From the NCBI GenBank assembly GCA_963795855.1, contig CAWCIZ010000002.1:639452-703451 (forward strand): DNA of 64,000 bases. The letters run 5' to 3'. Position numbers and translations under genes: made by a program. Origin of the DNA: Vulcanimicrobiota bacterium. Lineage in GTDB: Bacteria > Vulcanimicrobiota > Vulcanimicrobiia > Vulcanimicrobiales > Vulcanimicrobiaceae. Positions 19,658 to 30,537 of the stretch are shown here, in pieces; position 1 is the stretch's first letter; each line of letters begins with the position of its first letter. Below the pieces are notes generated by a model. The model was given only the letters and a program-made list of their open reading frames with translations, had not been told where the DNA came from and did not search any database.

Positions 19658-20980
19658 CTACTTTAACACGACCTCGTCGCGCGGCACTAGGCCCGCATCG
19701 ATTGCGGCGCTCGATTGCGCGCGGCGGGTGTACACGCGCAGTTCCGAAATGTCGCGCGGAAAGACGAGCTCGAGCGTCCAGTCGAACGCGACGCGCAGTT
19801 TGCGGTCCAATCCGGGCAAACGCGAAAGGTAATACGAGCGCCAGAGAAACCACGCAAAAAATCCGGTGAGAACGCGGTTTCCCGGAAGCTGCGCGACGGC
19901 TTTGCGGGCGCCGAGCGAAGCCATCATGCCCAGTGCGTTATAGCGGAAATTCTTCGTCGGCTGCCCGCGCAGAGCCGCGATGATATTGTCGGCAAGCACC
20001 GGACCTTCGCGAATGGCGTGCTGCGCGGTCGGCGGATAGAATCCACCTTCGCCGTTCGGAATGGCGGCGCAATCTCCCAAAGCCCAGACCCCTCGAAATC
20101 CGGAGACGCGCATGTCCGGACCTGCGGCTATCGTGCCGTGCTTTCCGTGCGGCAAATCGCCGCGCACCGCGAGCGGACGCGGCCGCACGCCCGCACTCCA
20201 GATGATCGTCCGCGTCTCGATGCGCTGACCGCTCGCCAGTTCCAAGCCGTCGTCGTCGGCGGATTTCACGCCGTCGCCGGTGATCACACGCACGCCTCGC
20301 TTGCGAAGATCGCGCTCCGAATAGGAGCCCATGCGTGCGGGCAGTCCGGGAAGCAGCGTTTTTCCGCCTTCGATCAGCACGATCCGAACGTCGTTCTTTT
20401 TCACGTGCGGATAGAAGCGTCCGACGCTGCGGAACAGTTCGACCATCTCGCCGGCGGCTTCGACGCCGGTGAATCCGCCCCCGACCACGACGAGCGTGAG
20501 CAGACGCTGCCGTTCCGAATCGTCCGGCGTCGTGTCCGCCAACTCGAGCAGCCAAATGAAGCGATTGCGCAGGATGCCGGCGTCTTCGAGCGTTTTCAGC
20601 GCGAAAACGCGCTCCGCCACGCCCGGAAGACCGAACGTGGAGGTGGCCGCGCCGATCGCGATGACCACGTGATCGTATGGAAGCTCCTCGCTCATCCCGG
20701 TCAGCGTGTGCGTGTACGTTACGGTGCGCGATTCGACGTCGAGCGCCGTCACGTCGGCGAGAATGAAACGCGTTTTGCGAAGTTGCGAGCGAATTGGCGT
20801 AACGATGTGCCGCACGTCCAGCGCGCCCGAACTGACTTCAGGCAGCATCGGCGTAAAAAGCGAGAAGTTTTCGCGGCTGATGAGCACGAGTTCCGCTTCG
20901 CCCGCGCGCAAGCGTTTTTCGAGCCGCTGCGCCGCTGCGATCGCGGCGAAGCCGCCACCCAGGATCACGATGCGCTTCAC
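19658..20980 (-). CDS. ndh: Type II NADH dehydrogenase family flavoprotein
   Basis: ILGGGFAA, FTPMLPEV, VVGGGFTGVE, LGDCA, PPTAQHA. Confidence 0.88.
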   Translation of the reverse strand: MKRIVILGGGFAAIAAAQRLEKRLRAGEAELVLISRENFSLFTPMLPEVSSGALDVRHIVTPIRSQLRKTRFILADVTALDVESRTVTYTHTLTGMSEELPYDHVVIAIGAATSTFGLPGVAERVFALKTLEDAGILRNRFIWLLELADTTPDDSERQRLLTLVVVGGGFTGVEAAGEMVELFRSVGRFYPHVKKNDVRIVLIEGGKTLLPGLPARMGSYSERDLRKRGVRVITGDGVKSADDDGLELASGQRIETRTIIWSAGVRPRPLAVRGDLPHGKHGTIAAGPDMRVSGFRGVWALGDCAAIPNGEGGFYPPTAQHAIREGPVLADNIIAALRGQPTKNFRYNALGMMASLGARKAVAQLPGNRVLTGFFAWFLWRSYYLSRLPGLDRKLRVAFDWTLELVFPRDISELRVYTRRAQSSAAIDAGLVPRDEVVLK

Positions 20981-21045
20981 GCCCGCGCCGTTCGCTCACT
21001 CGGCCAGGCATGCCTTGGACGGTGCGAGCGGGAAAGAAAGCAAGC

Positions 21046-21927
21046 GTGAAAGACCCGAAAAGCGGCTGGGCGGAGCGGCCGGAAAACCGGCGTTTCGACG
21101 TACAGGAAGGCGACTATCTGCCGCCCGACGCGCAGCGCGCTCAATCCGAAAAGAGCCGCGCTGCAAAAGGTTTGGGAACCGCCGCGGTCGGCATCGCGGT
21201 TCTGCTCGCGAAATTCAAAGCGCTGTTTTTCGTGCTGCTGAATCTCAAATGGGCGGTCGTTCTGCTCAAGGCGCTCACCTTCGGCGGATCGTTCTTCGTC
21301 TCGCTGTTCTTTTACGCGCTCTTCATGGGTTGGAAGTTCGCCCTGGTGTTCGTGCTGATGATCCTCGCCCACGAGATGGGTCACTACGTCACGATCCGCA
21401 ATTACGGACTGCCCGCACGTCTGCCGATGTTCGTGCCGTTCTTCGGCGCGTATACGATGGGCGGCGCTCCCGCCGATCTGGAACACGACGCGTACATCGC
21501 ATTGGCGGGACCGCTCACCGGGCTCGGTGTTTCTGCAGCCTGCTTCGCGCTCGGCTATCAAACGCACAATCCTTTTTGGTACATGGCCGCGTACGTCGGC
21601 GCGATGATCAATTTGTTCAACATGATTCCCGCGCTTCCGTTCGACGGGGGCCGCGTTGCAGGCGCGGTTTCGCCCTCGCTTTGGATCGGCGGTTTCATCA
21701 TCTTCGTGGGTGCGTCTCTCGCGCTGCACATCGCGATTTTCTTCATCGTCATCTTCGGCTTGATGGCGCTTCCCGGCGTCTTTGCCGCGCTGCGCGGATA
21801 CGTCGACCCGCGGTATGCGACGATGACGACTGCCGGAAAGTTCCGCGTAGGCGCGTGGTACTTGCTTACGATGTTCGCGCTCTTCTACCTGATGTCGGTC
21901 TCGCACGTAGCGGTGCCGGGCCGGTGA
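21046..21927 (+). CDS. Site-2 protease (M50)
   Basis: HEMGH, IALAGP, NLFNMIPALPFDGG. Start could be GTG 21046 or ATG 21010. Confidence 0.9.
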   Translation: MKDPKSGWAERPENRRFDVQEGDYLPPDAQRAQSEKSRAAKGLGTAAVGIAVLLAKFKALFFVLLNLKWAVVLLKALTFGGSFFVSLFFYALFMGWKFALVFVLMILAHEMGHYVTIRNYGLPARLPMFVPFFGAYTMGGAPADLEHDAYIALAGPLTGLGVSAACFALGYQTHNPFWYMAAYVGAMINLFNMIPALPFDGGRVAGAVSPSLWIGGFIIFVGASLALHIAIFFIVIFGLMALPGVFAALRGYVDPRYATMTTAGKFRVGAWYLLTMFALFYLMSVSHVAVPGR

Positions 21928-22493
21928 GTGAAAAACCGCCGCCGGATTTCGCTATGCTTCGCGCCGTCGATATTCTGGCGCACCTGCACGAACGCCGCCG
22001 CAACTCGCCCAATACGCCTCCGGCGCCCATCGAACGTCCCGTCCTGCTGCAAAGCGAACGTCTGACGTTCGCAATAGGCCAAACGCGACGCGTGGACGTC
22101 GAGCGCGATCTCGGCATCGCGTTCAGCTATCCGGCGCGCGGTTGGCATACGTATGCGACCAGCGAATCCGGGCGCCGGTGTCTGCTCAGCGTGTTTTACA
22201 AGAACGGCGTTCTGCTTGCAGGGGAAGTCTACGTGCCGCGCGGTCCGCACGCACCGAACTTGGAATCACGCGACTTCGGCGGCTTTCGCCTCGAACCGGG
22301 AAGCGTTTGCATCGGCATGCCCGCTAACGCCGTGCCGGAACCGTTCGCGCCGGCTGTCGGCGGCCCGGGAACGGTCGTGTACGATCGCTCGTTCGAGGCA
22401 CGTTTTCCGGGCGGCGTCGCGTACGCGATGGCATCGAAAGGCGTGGTCGAACGCATGACGTTGTACGCGCAGATCGATCGTAGCGACGCGTAG
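21924..22493 (+). CDS. Hypothetical protein
   Basis: GTGA overlap with the upstream stop; next gene starts 1 nt after its stop. Confidence 0.7.
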   Translation: MSEKPPPDFAMLRAVDILAHLHERRRNSPNTPPAPIERPVLLQSERLTFAIGQTRRVDVERDLGIAFSYPARGWHTYATSESGRRCLLSVFYKNGVLLAGEVYVPRGPHAPNLESRDFGGFRLEPGSVCIGMPANAVPEPFAPAVGGPGTVVYDRSFEARFPGGVAYAMASKGVVERMTLYAQIDRSDA

Positions 22494-22494
22494 G

Positions 22495-23889
22495 ATGCGC
22501 GCGTGGCTGCTGGGCGGGGCTTGCATTGCCGTCGCCGTTGCATTGCTTTTCGCGCGTCCGCACCCGACGCCCGGTCCACCCATGCGCGACTTCGAGGCGT
22601 ACTACGCAGCGGGAGCTTCGTGGAACGCAGGCGCCGACGCGTATTCGCAAAGCATTTGGAACGCGGAGATGCGTTTGACCGGCGTGAACGCCGGCCGCTA
22701 CGAAGCGCTGCCGTTCGTCGGCCCGCCCGCTCTGCTCCCGGTCTTCGGCGCTCTCGCGCGTCTGCCGTTCGACGCCGCCGGCGACGTTTGGCGCGCACTG
22801 CTTCTTCTCTGCGTCGCGCTGCTCGTGTGGTCGACGGCGCGTTTGCTCCACCCGCGCGTTACCGCACGCTCACTGCTGGCGATGCTCGTCGCGGCGCTTG
22901 GATTCGGTCCCCTGACCAGCGCACTCGCGCTGGGGCAGCTCGCGCTTCCGGCGTTTGCATGTGCGGTGCTCGGTCTCGGTGGGAACGTCGCCGCACTGTT
23001 CGCGTGGACGCAGCCGAACGTCGCGCTCACGCTTCTCGCGCAGATTGCGAACCGCCGCGGCGCGGCAACATTCGCTGCAACACTTGCTATTTTTGTTGCC
23101 GCGTGCGCCGCCGTAGCGGGCATTCACGGTTTGGAGCACTACGCCGCCGTTCTGCAACGCCATTCCGCCGCCGAAGCACTGTCGGCAATTCAGATTACGC
23201 CTGCGGCGATTGCGTACGGTTTGGGCGCCTCGGCCCGCATTGCTTGGGCCTTCGGCATAACCGTGAGCATTGCCGCGGCATGTGCGTGGGTCGTCCTCAT
23301 GCAGCGGGCGCGCGATGCCACTACGCGCTTCTGCGCAACGTGCGCTCTGCTGCCGCTTGTGATGCCCTTTTTCCACGAGCACGATCTGATCGTTACTTTC
23401 GTACCGTGCGTGCTTTACGCGGCGCGAGTTTCCGACGAACTGTGGCCGCTCGCGGCCTTCGGCGCGCTATTCGCTGCAACCGATTGGCTCGGCTTGGCGC
23501 AGCGTCCCGACGGCACGTTGCAAACGCTGCTGCTGATCGGGGCGCTCGGCGGCGCGCTCGTTGCTTTACGAACGCAGCCACGCGCGCGAGCGCTTGCGGT
23601 TCCCGCAGCGGCCCTTGCGTTCATCGGCGTCGCGGCCGCGTTCGCGCACGCGCATCCCGCTCCCGTCTGGCCCGACGCTATGAAGACGCTGCCGAACACC
23701 ATCCGCGCGGTCGACGTTGCGCGCGCGTGGGGCATCGAACAGCACGCGACCGGACTGTTCACGCGTGATGCGGTTTGGGCGGTCCTGCGCGCGCTTTCGC
23801 TCGCCGGTTGCGTTCTCACCGCGACCGCGATCGCGCTTAGTTCGAGATATCCTGCGGGTTCCAGAAATCCATCACGGGTCCCGGCCTGA
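22495..23889 (+). CDS. GT87-like (GT-C fold) polytopic membrane glycosyltransferase
   Basis: RDFEAYY, PFVGPP, LALGQ, FFHEHD; many TM helices. Confidence 0.75.
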   Translation: MRAWLLGGACIAVAVALLFARPHPTPGPPMRDFEAYYAAGASWNAGADAYSQSIWNAEMRLTGVNAGRYEALPFVGPPALLPVFGALARLPFDAAGDVWRALLLLCVALLVWSTARLLHPRVTARSLLAMLVAALGFGPLTSALALGQLALPAFACAVLGLGGNVAALFAWTQPNVALTLLAQIANRRGAATFAATLAIFVAACAAVAGIHGLEHYAAVLQRHSAAEALSAIQITPAAIAYGLGASARIAWAFGITVSIAAACAWVVLMQRARDATTRFCATCALLPLVMPFFHEHDLIVTFVPCVLYAARVSDELWPLAAFGALFAATDWLGLAQRPDGTLQTLLLIGALGGALVALRTQPRARALAVPAAALAFIGVAAAFAHAHPAPVWPDAMKTLPNTIRAVDVARAWGIEQHATGLFTRDAVWAVLRALSLAGCVLTATAIALSSRYPAGSRNPSRVPA

Positions 23890-25462
23890 TGTTGCGAAAA
23901 TCGTCGTCGTACGTCATGTGCTCCGTGCGTTGGCTGAGCACGACGAACGGCACGTCGCGCGCCACGTCCTCCTGCACGCGCACGTAGTCGCGTCTTCGAA
24001 CCGAGCGGTCGTAGTTCACGAGCGCATCCTCAAGCGCCGCATCCACGCGCGGGTTGCAGTAGCCCATGTAGTTTTGACCCTTCGGAGAGATGCGGCTGCA
24101 CGCGATCAGGTTCGTAAGATCCGGATCCGGAGGCAGACTCCACGCGTACGATGCGATGTCGTAGTGGCGCGTCGCCACGATGCCTCCGGCGGCGTAGGAC
24201 GCAAACAGTTTGTCCGTCGGATACCGGAAGTATTCCAGGCCGACGCCGATCTGCTTGAACCACTGCTGGATCAGAAGCACCGTTGAATCGAGTCCCGGAT
24301 TGCCGGTGTTCCCCGCAAACGAAAAACGCAGCGTCCGGCCGTCCTTATGCCGTAGACCGTCCGCGCCGGTCACCCAGCCGTCCCGTTCCAGCTGTTGAGC
24401 CGCTTCATGCAGATCGAACGGGTAGCACTGCGCGTACGCATCGTACGCCCAATTGAGATGCGAAATCGGCGTGCAAGCCAGATAGCCGCTGTGATGCGAA
24501 ATTTTTGACCACAGGGTGCGCACGTCGATAGCGCGCGCGAGCGCTTGGCGTACTTGCAAATCCGCGAGATTAGGGCTCGTTACGTTGAAATCGATGTGCC
24601 CGTACGCCGTGGTATCGAAGGAGATCGACCTCGTGTTCGGCACCTTTTCGACTTGCTCGTACGTGTTGGTCGGAACGCGCACAAACGCGTCGATTTCGTG
24701 CGTTTGCAGCGCGGTAAGCATCGTGTTGGCGTCGGGAATCACTTTGAACACCACGCGTTTCAATTTCGGCGCGCCGCCCCACCAATGGGGAAACGCTTCC
24801 ATGACGACTTCACTTCCGCGCACCCATTTCACGTAGCGGAACGGACCCAAGCCGACCGGCAAACCGTTATAGGGCGAATGGTTGACGTCTTGCCCCGCCA
24901 GAATGTGCTCGGGCAGAATAGCGGGATTGTCGACGGGCGTAAAATACCGGTTGATGAACGCGGCGTAGGGGCGTTTGAGCCGGAAGATCGCCGTGTAACG
25001 ATCGGGGGTCTCCACGCGATCGATCAAATCCCACCCGTCACGCGTGAGCACGTTGGTCTTCGGGTCGAGAATCGTCTTGACCGTAAAAGCGACGTCGGCG
25101 GAGGTGAACGGCTTACCGTCGTGCCAGAGCACGCCTCGCCGCAATTTGAACGTTATCGATTTTCCGTCGCGCGAAATGAGACCGTTCGCCCTCGTCGGCA
25201 ATTCGACGCAAAGCGAAGGTACCGGCCGCGCCTTGTCGTCGAAGACGAAGAAATATCCCATCGTGAACGACGACAGATCGTTGACGAGCGTTTCCGTGGA
25301 GAGCAGCGGATTGAGATTGTCGATGTCTTCGCCGTCCGCCCAGCGAAACGTCCCGGGAATCGTCCAGGAGTGCCGGTTTCCCCGCGGGGCGCCTCCGCCG
25401 CCGGAGCACGCGGGCAGCGCGCACCCGAGAATCGCGGCCAAGGCGCACAGCGCTTTCTTCAC
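23837..25462 (-). CDS. Peptide ABC transporter substrate-binding lipoprotein (family 5), copy 1
   Basis: Lipobox LPAC, LRRGVLWHDGKPFTSADV, PVGLGPF. Confidence 0.93.
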   Translation of the reverse strand: MKKALCALAAILGCALPACSGGGGAPRGNRHSWTIPGTFRWADGEDIDNLNPLLSTETLVNDLSSFTMGYFFVFDDKARPVPSLCVELPTRANGLISRDGKSITFKLRRGVLWHDGKPFTSADVAFTVKTILDPKTNVLTRDGWDLIDRVETPDRYTAIFRLKRPYAAFINRYFTPVDNPAILPEHILAGQDVNHSPYNGLPVGLGPFRYVKWVRGSEVVMEAFPHWWGGAPKLKRVVFKVIPDANTMLTALQTHEIDAFVRVPTNTYEQVEKVPNTRSISFDTTAYGHIDFNVTSPNLADLQVRQALARAIDVRTLWSKISHHSGYLACTPISHLNWAYDAYAQCYPFDLHEAAQQLERDGWVTGADGLRHKDGRTLRFSFAGNTGNPGLDSTVLLIQQWFKQIGVGLEYFRYPTDKLFASYAAGGIVATRHYDIASYAWSLPPDPDLTNLIACSRISPKGQNYMGYCNPRVDAALEDALVNYDRSVRRRDYVRVQEDVARDVPFVVLSQRTEHMTYDDDFRNIRPGPVMDFWNPQDISN

Positions 25463-25469
25463 CGGACGG

Positions 25470-27167
25470 TCAAATGTCCACGTTCATCATGTTGTCGAAC
25501 GGGGTGACGCCGTTGGGATGAAAATTCTCCAGATCTCGATTGAAGACGAACAGGTCTTCGCGACCATTGGTCACGATCGTGGGCACGTCTTTGACGATGC
25601 GTTGGAAAAGCACCGCATCGTCTTTATTTCGCTGCGCCTGATTGTAGTGCGTATAGAGATCGTGCATCGCTTTATCCGCAACGGGATCGCACCAGTGCAG
25701 CACGTTCTGCCCGTTCGGCGGCATTTCATCGCACGCGTAGAGCGTCGAAAGATCGCCCGTGGCTCCTACGCCCCACGCAAAGTAAATAGCATCCCAGTTG
25801 CCGCGCAGCAGCACGCCGTGGTCGGCGTATGACGCGAAGATCAAGGCCGAGAGGTAATGCTTCACGACGATCTCCGCGCCGATCTGCTTCCACCAGGTAC
25901 GAATCATTTCGATTTGCTGGTCCGCGCCGGGGTTACCGCTATTGGTAATGAACTCGAGTGAAAGGCGGACGCCGTTTTTCGAACGGATACCGTCCGCGCC
26001 GCGCTTCCAGCCCGCCGCATCGAGGGTTTGATTCGCCTTGGCCAGGTCGAACGGTACGAGCGGCAAGTTCGGATCCCAGAACGGGGCGGTTCTCGGCGCA
26101 GGCTGCTCCTGAAGCAGACCGATGCCATGCGAGATTTTGCGAATCAGCGTGGCGCGATCGGTCGCGTACCGCAAGGCAATGCGAACGGCCGGATCCTTGA
26201 GGACCGGGCGCGTCAGATTGAAGTCGATGTGATTGAACAGATAACCCGGTTGACGAATGTAGGCGAACTGGCCCATGTTTTGCATCTTCGTCGCAAACGA
26301 GCTCGCAGGTACCGGGTACCAAAGATCGAGTTCCTTCGCCTGCATCTCCGTAAGCACCGTGTTCGTGTCCGGGATGATCTCGAAGTCGATTTCCTTGAGC
26401 TTCGGCATGCCGCGGAAATACAGCGGGTTCGCCACCATCACGACGCGCTGCCCGCGGTCCCACTCTTTGTATTTGAACGGCCCGATCCCGACCGGCAGCG
26501 CATTATACGGAACGTTGTTGATGTTCGGATACTTCGCCAGCAAATGCTTCGGCATCAAACACGGGTTTGCGCCTGCCGTCGAGAAAAAGGTTTCGACGAA
26601 GGGCGAGTACGGCTTGGTCAAATGAAGAACGACGGTGTATTTGTCCGGTTCGTCGATCTTCGCGATGTGGTCCCAGCCGCTGCGGCTTACGATGTTGTTC
26701 GCCGGGTTGAGCACCGCGTGGAACGACCATACCACGTCGTCCGCATCGAACGGCACGCCGTCGGACCATTTCACGCCTTTGCGGATGTGATACGTGATCG
26801 TCAACCCGTCCGCACTTACCCCGCCGTTTTCCTTCGTCGGCACCTCCGTAGCGAGTTCGCCGTACGCGTTGTTGTGCGCGTCCCACTTTATCAGCCACGC
26901 CATCGTCATCGACGCCATGTAGTCCAGCGTGCCCTGCTGGATGAGGGTCGGGTTGAGCGAGCTGACGTCCTCGGCCGTCGCGTAACGGAGCACGTGCGGG
27001 CGCGTCCACGAGTTGACCCGTTGCGCGGAAACCGGCGCGGCAGGCGCACCCGGCGATTCGTTCAGCAGGCCGCCTGATACGCCGGGGCCGCCGCTCTTAC
27101 TGCAGCCTGCGGCCAAAGCGGCGGAGAGCAGCAGGATGCACAGACGCGCGACGGTGTTCTTCTTCAT
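25470..27167 (-). CDS. Peptide ABC substrate-binding lipoprotein, copy 2
   Basis: ATG 27167 in a TAATG overlap; lipobox LAAGC; KWSDGVPFDADDV; PVGIGPF. Confidence 0.93.
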   Translation of the reverse strand: MKKNTVARLCILLLSAALAAGCSKSGGPGVSGGLLNESPGAPAAPVSAQRVNSWTRPHVLRYATAEDVSSLNPTLIQQGTLDYMASMTMAWLIKWDAHNNAYGELATEVPTKENGGVSADGLTITYHIRKGVKWSDGVPFDADDVVWSFHAVLNPANNIVSRSGWDHIAKIDEPDKYTVVLHLTKPYSPFVETFFSTAGANPCLMPKHLLAKYPNINNVPYNALPVGIGPFKYKEWDRGQRVVMVANPLYFRGMPKLKEIDFEIIPDTNTVLTEMQAKELDLWYPVPASSFATKMQNMGQFAYIRQPGYLFNHIDFNLTRPVLKDPAVRIALRYATDRATLIRKISHGIGLLQEQPAPRTAPFWDPNLPLVPFDLAKANQTLDAAGWKRGADGIRSKNGVRLSLEFITNSGNPGADQQIEMIRTWWKQIGAEIVVKHYLSALIFASYADHGVLLRGNWDAIYFAWGVGATGDLSTLYACDEMPPNGQNVLHWCDPVADKAMHDLYTHYNQAQRNKDDAVLFQRIVKDVPTIVTNGREDLFVFNRDLENFHPNGVTPFDNMMNVDI

Positions 27168-28871
27168 TAAATATCCACGTCCATGAAGTTGTCGAACGGC
27201 GAAAGCGCGCCCGGGCTGAAGTTTTTGACGTCCTTGTTGTACACCCAAAGCGCCGCGGTACCCATGAGTACGACCGTCGGAACGTCCTTGGCAAGTCTGC
27301 GTCATGACGACGCGATCGTCTTGGTTGCGCTGCGCTTGATCGTAATGCCCGTACAGCGCCTGCATGGATTTCTCCGCCGCCGCGTTACACCAGAAGATGC
27401 TGTTCTGCCCGCTCGGCGGGAACTCATCGCATCCGTAGATCGGCGAGAAGTCACCCGTCGCGCCGAGCCCCCAAGCGTAGTAGGCGACGTCGTATTTTCC
27501 GCGATAGAGAATGCCGCCGTCTTGATATTGCGCGAAAAGCAGCGTGTTCTGGTAGTGGCTCACCGTGAGTTTCACGCCGAGTCTGCGACCACGTCTGCCG
27601 CAGCTGCTCGATGAGCTGATCGTTGATGACGGTGCCCGACGCGGTAGCGAAGTTCAGATCGAGGCGGACGCCGTTTTTCGCGCGCACGCCGTCGGGCCCG
27701 GGCTTCCAGCCGGCCCGATCGAGCAGTTGATTGGCTTTCGCAATGTCGAACGGAACCATCTTGATGTCCGGATCCCAGTAAGCGGAGACTTTGGGAGCCG
27801 GCTCTTCCTGCAGCAAACCGACGCCGTGATAAAGCTTGGCGAGAATCGTCGGCCTGTCCATGGCGTAGCGTAACGCCTGCCGGACCGCCGGATCTTTGAG
27901 TTCTCGCTGCGCAGGTTGAAGTCTACGTGCCGGAAGTAAAAACTCGGTTGCGCCCACGTGACGAACGAGCGAAGCGCCGTGAATTGGCCGAGCATGTTCT
28001 GCGGCGCCTGATAGAACATGTCGAGCGACTTCGCTTGCATTTCGGTCAGAACGGTGTTCGCGTTGGTGATGATCTCGTAGTCGATCTCTTTGAGCTTCGG
28101 CGTTCCGCGGAAATAGTAAGGATTCGCGACCAACACGACGCGCGACCCCCGCTGCCATTCTTTCACCATGAACGGTCCGATGCCGACGGGTTTGGAGTTA
28201 TAGTCGACGTTGTTCAGATTCGCGTACTTGGCGAGAAGATGCGCGGGAAGGAGCGACGGGTTCGCGCCCGCAGTGCTGAAAAACGTTTCGACGAAAGGCG
28301 AATACGGTTTGCTGAGATGTAAGACCACCGTATAGTTGTCCGGCTCGTCCATCTTGACGATGCGATCGAACCCCGACCGGCTCGTGACGTTATTCGCGGG
28401 ATTCAGGACCGCATTGAAGCTGAAGATGACGTCGTCGGCGTTGAACGGCGCACCGTCCGACCATTTCACGCCGTGCCGCATGTGATAGGTGATCGTCAGT
28501 CCGTCCTTGCTGACGCCGCCGTTCTGCTGCGAGGGAATTTCCGTAATCAGTTCCGGAATCGGTTTGCCTTGCTTGTCCCAGCGAATCAGATAGCCCATCG
28601 TGAGCGGCGCGATGATCAGCGAAACGGGCGTGTCGGTCGTCAGCAGCGGATTGAGGCTTTCGACGTCCTCCTCGGCGGTAACGCGCAGCGTGTGCGGAAC
28701 GGTCCATGAGTTCTGCTCTGCGCTCGAAGTGTTTACCGGCGGCGCGTTCGAGACGACGTTCGACGAAGTGGTGGTGGTGGTCTGCGTCGTCGACGTCTGC
28801 GTGCCGCCTTGTTTGCTGCACCCGGCGAAGATGAAAGCTGAGCTCAAACCGATTGCGAGCAGTCTTTTCAT
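27167..28871 (-). CDS. Peptide ABC substrate-binding lipoprotein, copy 3 (frameshifts near 27300, 27580, 27900)
   Basis: Lipobox FAGC; KWSDGAPFNADDV; fragments in three frames collinear with copy 2, ending MDVDI. Confidence 0.88.
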
Positions 28872-28872
28872 G

Positions 28873-30537
28873 TTATATCGAATACTCCCACGGGTTCCAA
28901 AACGCAGAGATGACAGGCGAAGGCGCGAAGCCTTTGAGGTCGGTGTTGTACAGGTACGGTTCCTTCCAGAAGAACAGCACGATCGTAGGCACATCCTTGG
29001 CCATCTGCTGCTGAACGATCTCGTAGTCGTGCTTGCGCCGGTTTCGGTCGAGCGTATTCATCGCGTCGTTCATTGCCGCGGTCGCCGCCGGATTGTTCCA
29101 GAACAGCGCATTTTGACCGTGAGGCGCGAAATTCTCGCCGGAGTAGATCGCGCTGTCATCGGGATCCGCCGCAGCATTCCAACTGTAAAGCGCCGCATCG
29201 TAGTGCCCGCCCTGCAGCGTCCCGGTCGTTCCGTTCTGGAACATCAACGCGGTGGGGACGTTCTTGACGATCGCTTCAGCACCGATTTCGTGCCATTGGC
29301 GCTGCAGCAGCGTTTGGATCTGTCGCGCGTAGTTGCTCTCCGCGGCGCTCGTCAGATCGAAAGAGAGCTTCTGCCCGTTCTTCACTCGAATTCCGTCCGC
29401 GCCGCGCTTCCAACCGTCGGCTTCGAGGATCTGCTGCGCTTTCGCGGGATCGAACGGATGATGTTCTATCGCATCGGTATGCGCCCAAGAAAGTTCCGGC
29501 GATTGATCCGTCTCGGACGCAACCGCCGCACCGTGCATTACTTTGTCGACGATCTCCTGACGGTTCGTCGCATACGCGAGCGCCAGCCGAACGTTGCGAT
29601 CCGAAAGGAGCGGACGCCGAAGATTGAAGTCGATATGCGTGTAAATATAGGCGTCGACCAGCACCATCTTCAGGCCGGACGTTTGCGTCACGATTTGCTG
29701 GTAGCGCGGCAGGCTCAAACCTGTTCCGCGCGCCAGCATGTCGATGTCGTGCGTTTGCAGCGCGGTCCCGATCGTATTCTCGTCCGGCATGATCTTGAAC
29801 ACGACTTCGTTGAGCTTCGGCTTCCCGGCCCAGAAATAACGGCTCGCCTCCATCCGTACTTCGCTGCCGCGCTGCCACTGAATGACCTTGAACGGTCCGC
29901 TGCCGATGGGCAGTGAATTGTAGGGCGCGTTGTTCAACGAGCCTTTGTCGTCGTTGTATTTCGCCAGGAGATGCGCCGGCAGAATGACCGCGTTCCCGTT
30001 TACTCCCCAGAGTTGCTGCAAGTACGGGGCGTACATCTTCTTCATGTGCACGACCGCGACGCGCGGATTGCTGCAGTCGATGTCTTTGATATCTTTGTAG
30101 CCGTCGGTGGTGACGACGTTGTTGTGCGGGTTCATCACGGCTTGCCACGTGAACTTGAGATCCGCGCACGTGACGGGCTGACCGTCCTGCCAGCGCAAAT
30201 TCGGCCGCAGTTTGTACTTGAGCGTCAAGCCGTCTTTGCTGACGTCGCCGTTCGCAACCGTGGGAACCTCGCTCACCGCGTCGGGAACGGGCTGCGCTTT
30301 GTCGTTGTACCGCACCGCGTACGAGTAAATGAACATCGACAGGTCGCCCGTAACAGCGGACGCGTTGAGCAATGGATTGAGCGAAGACGGTGAAGCGTTT
30401 TCCGCATATCGCAGGACGCCGGGCTGCGTCCAGGAGTTCCGGGCGCCGATCGCGCCGCCGCCCGCGCTCTGTTTCGTGCACGAAGCCAAGAAGAGGGCTG
30501 CGGCGAGCGCCGCCGCGCATTGGTGCGACAGTTTCAG
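28873..30537 (-). CDS. Peptide ABC substrate-binding lipoprotein, copy 4
   Basis: Lipobox LASC; WQDGQPVTCADL; PIGSGPF. Start inferred at CTG 30537; alternative ATG 30591. Confidence 0.92.
   Translation of the reverse strand: MKLSHQCAAALAAALFLASCTKQSAGGGAIGARNSWTQPGVLRYAENASPSSLNPLLNASAVTGDLSMFIYSYAVRYNDKAQPVPDAVSEVPTVANGDVSKDGLTLKYKLRPNLRWQDGQPVTCADLKFTWQAVMNPHNNVVTTDGYKDIKDIDCSNPRVAVVHMKKMYAPYLQQLWGVNGNAVILPAHLLAKYNDDKGSLNNAPYNSLPIGSGPFKVIQWQRGSEVRMEASRYFWAGKPKLNEVVFKIMPDENTIGTALQTHDIDMLARGTGLSLPRYQQIVTQTSGLKMVLVDAYIYTHIDFNLRRPLLSDRNVRLALAYATNRQEIVDKVMHGAAVASETDQSPELSWAHTDAIEHHPFDPAKAQQILEADGWKRGADGIRVKNGQKLSFDLTSAAESNYARQIQTLLQRQWHEIGAEAIVKNVPTALMFQNGTTGTLQGGHYDAALYSWNAAADPDDSAIYSGENFAPHGQNALFWNNPAATAAMNDAMNTLDRNRRKHDYEIVQQQMAKDVPTIVLFFWKEPYLYNTDLKGFAPSPVISAFWNPWEYSI

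Noticed and set aside
25470..27575. 701-aa ORF suggesting a double-domain binding protein
   Set aside because: Artefact of a frameshift near 27300 joining the end of copy 3 to copy 2, which has its own ATG and lipobox.
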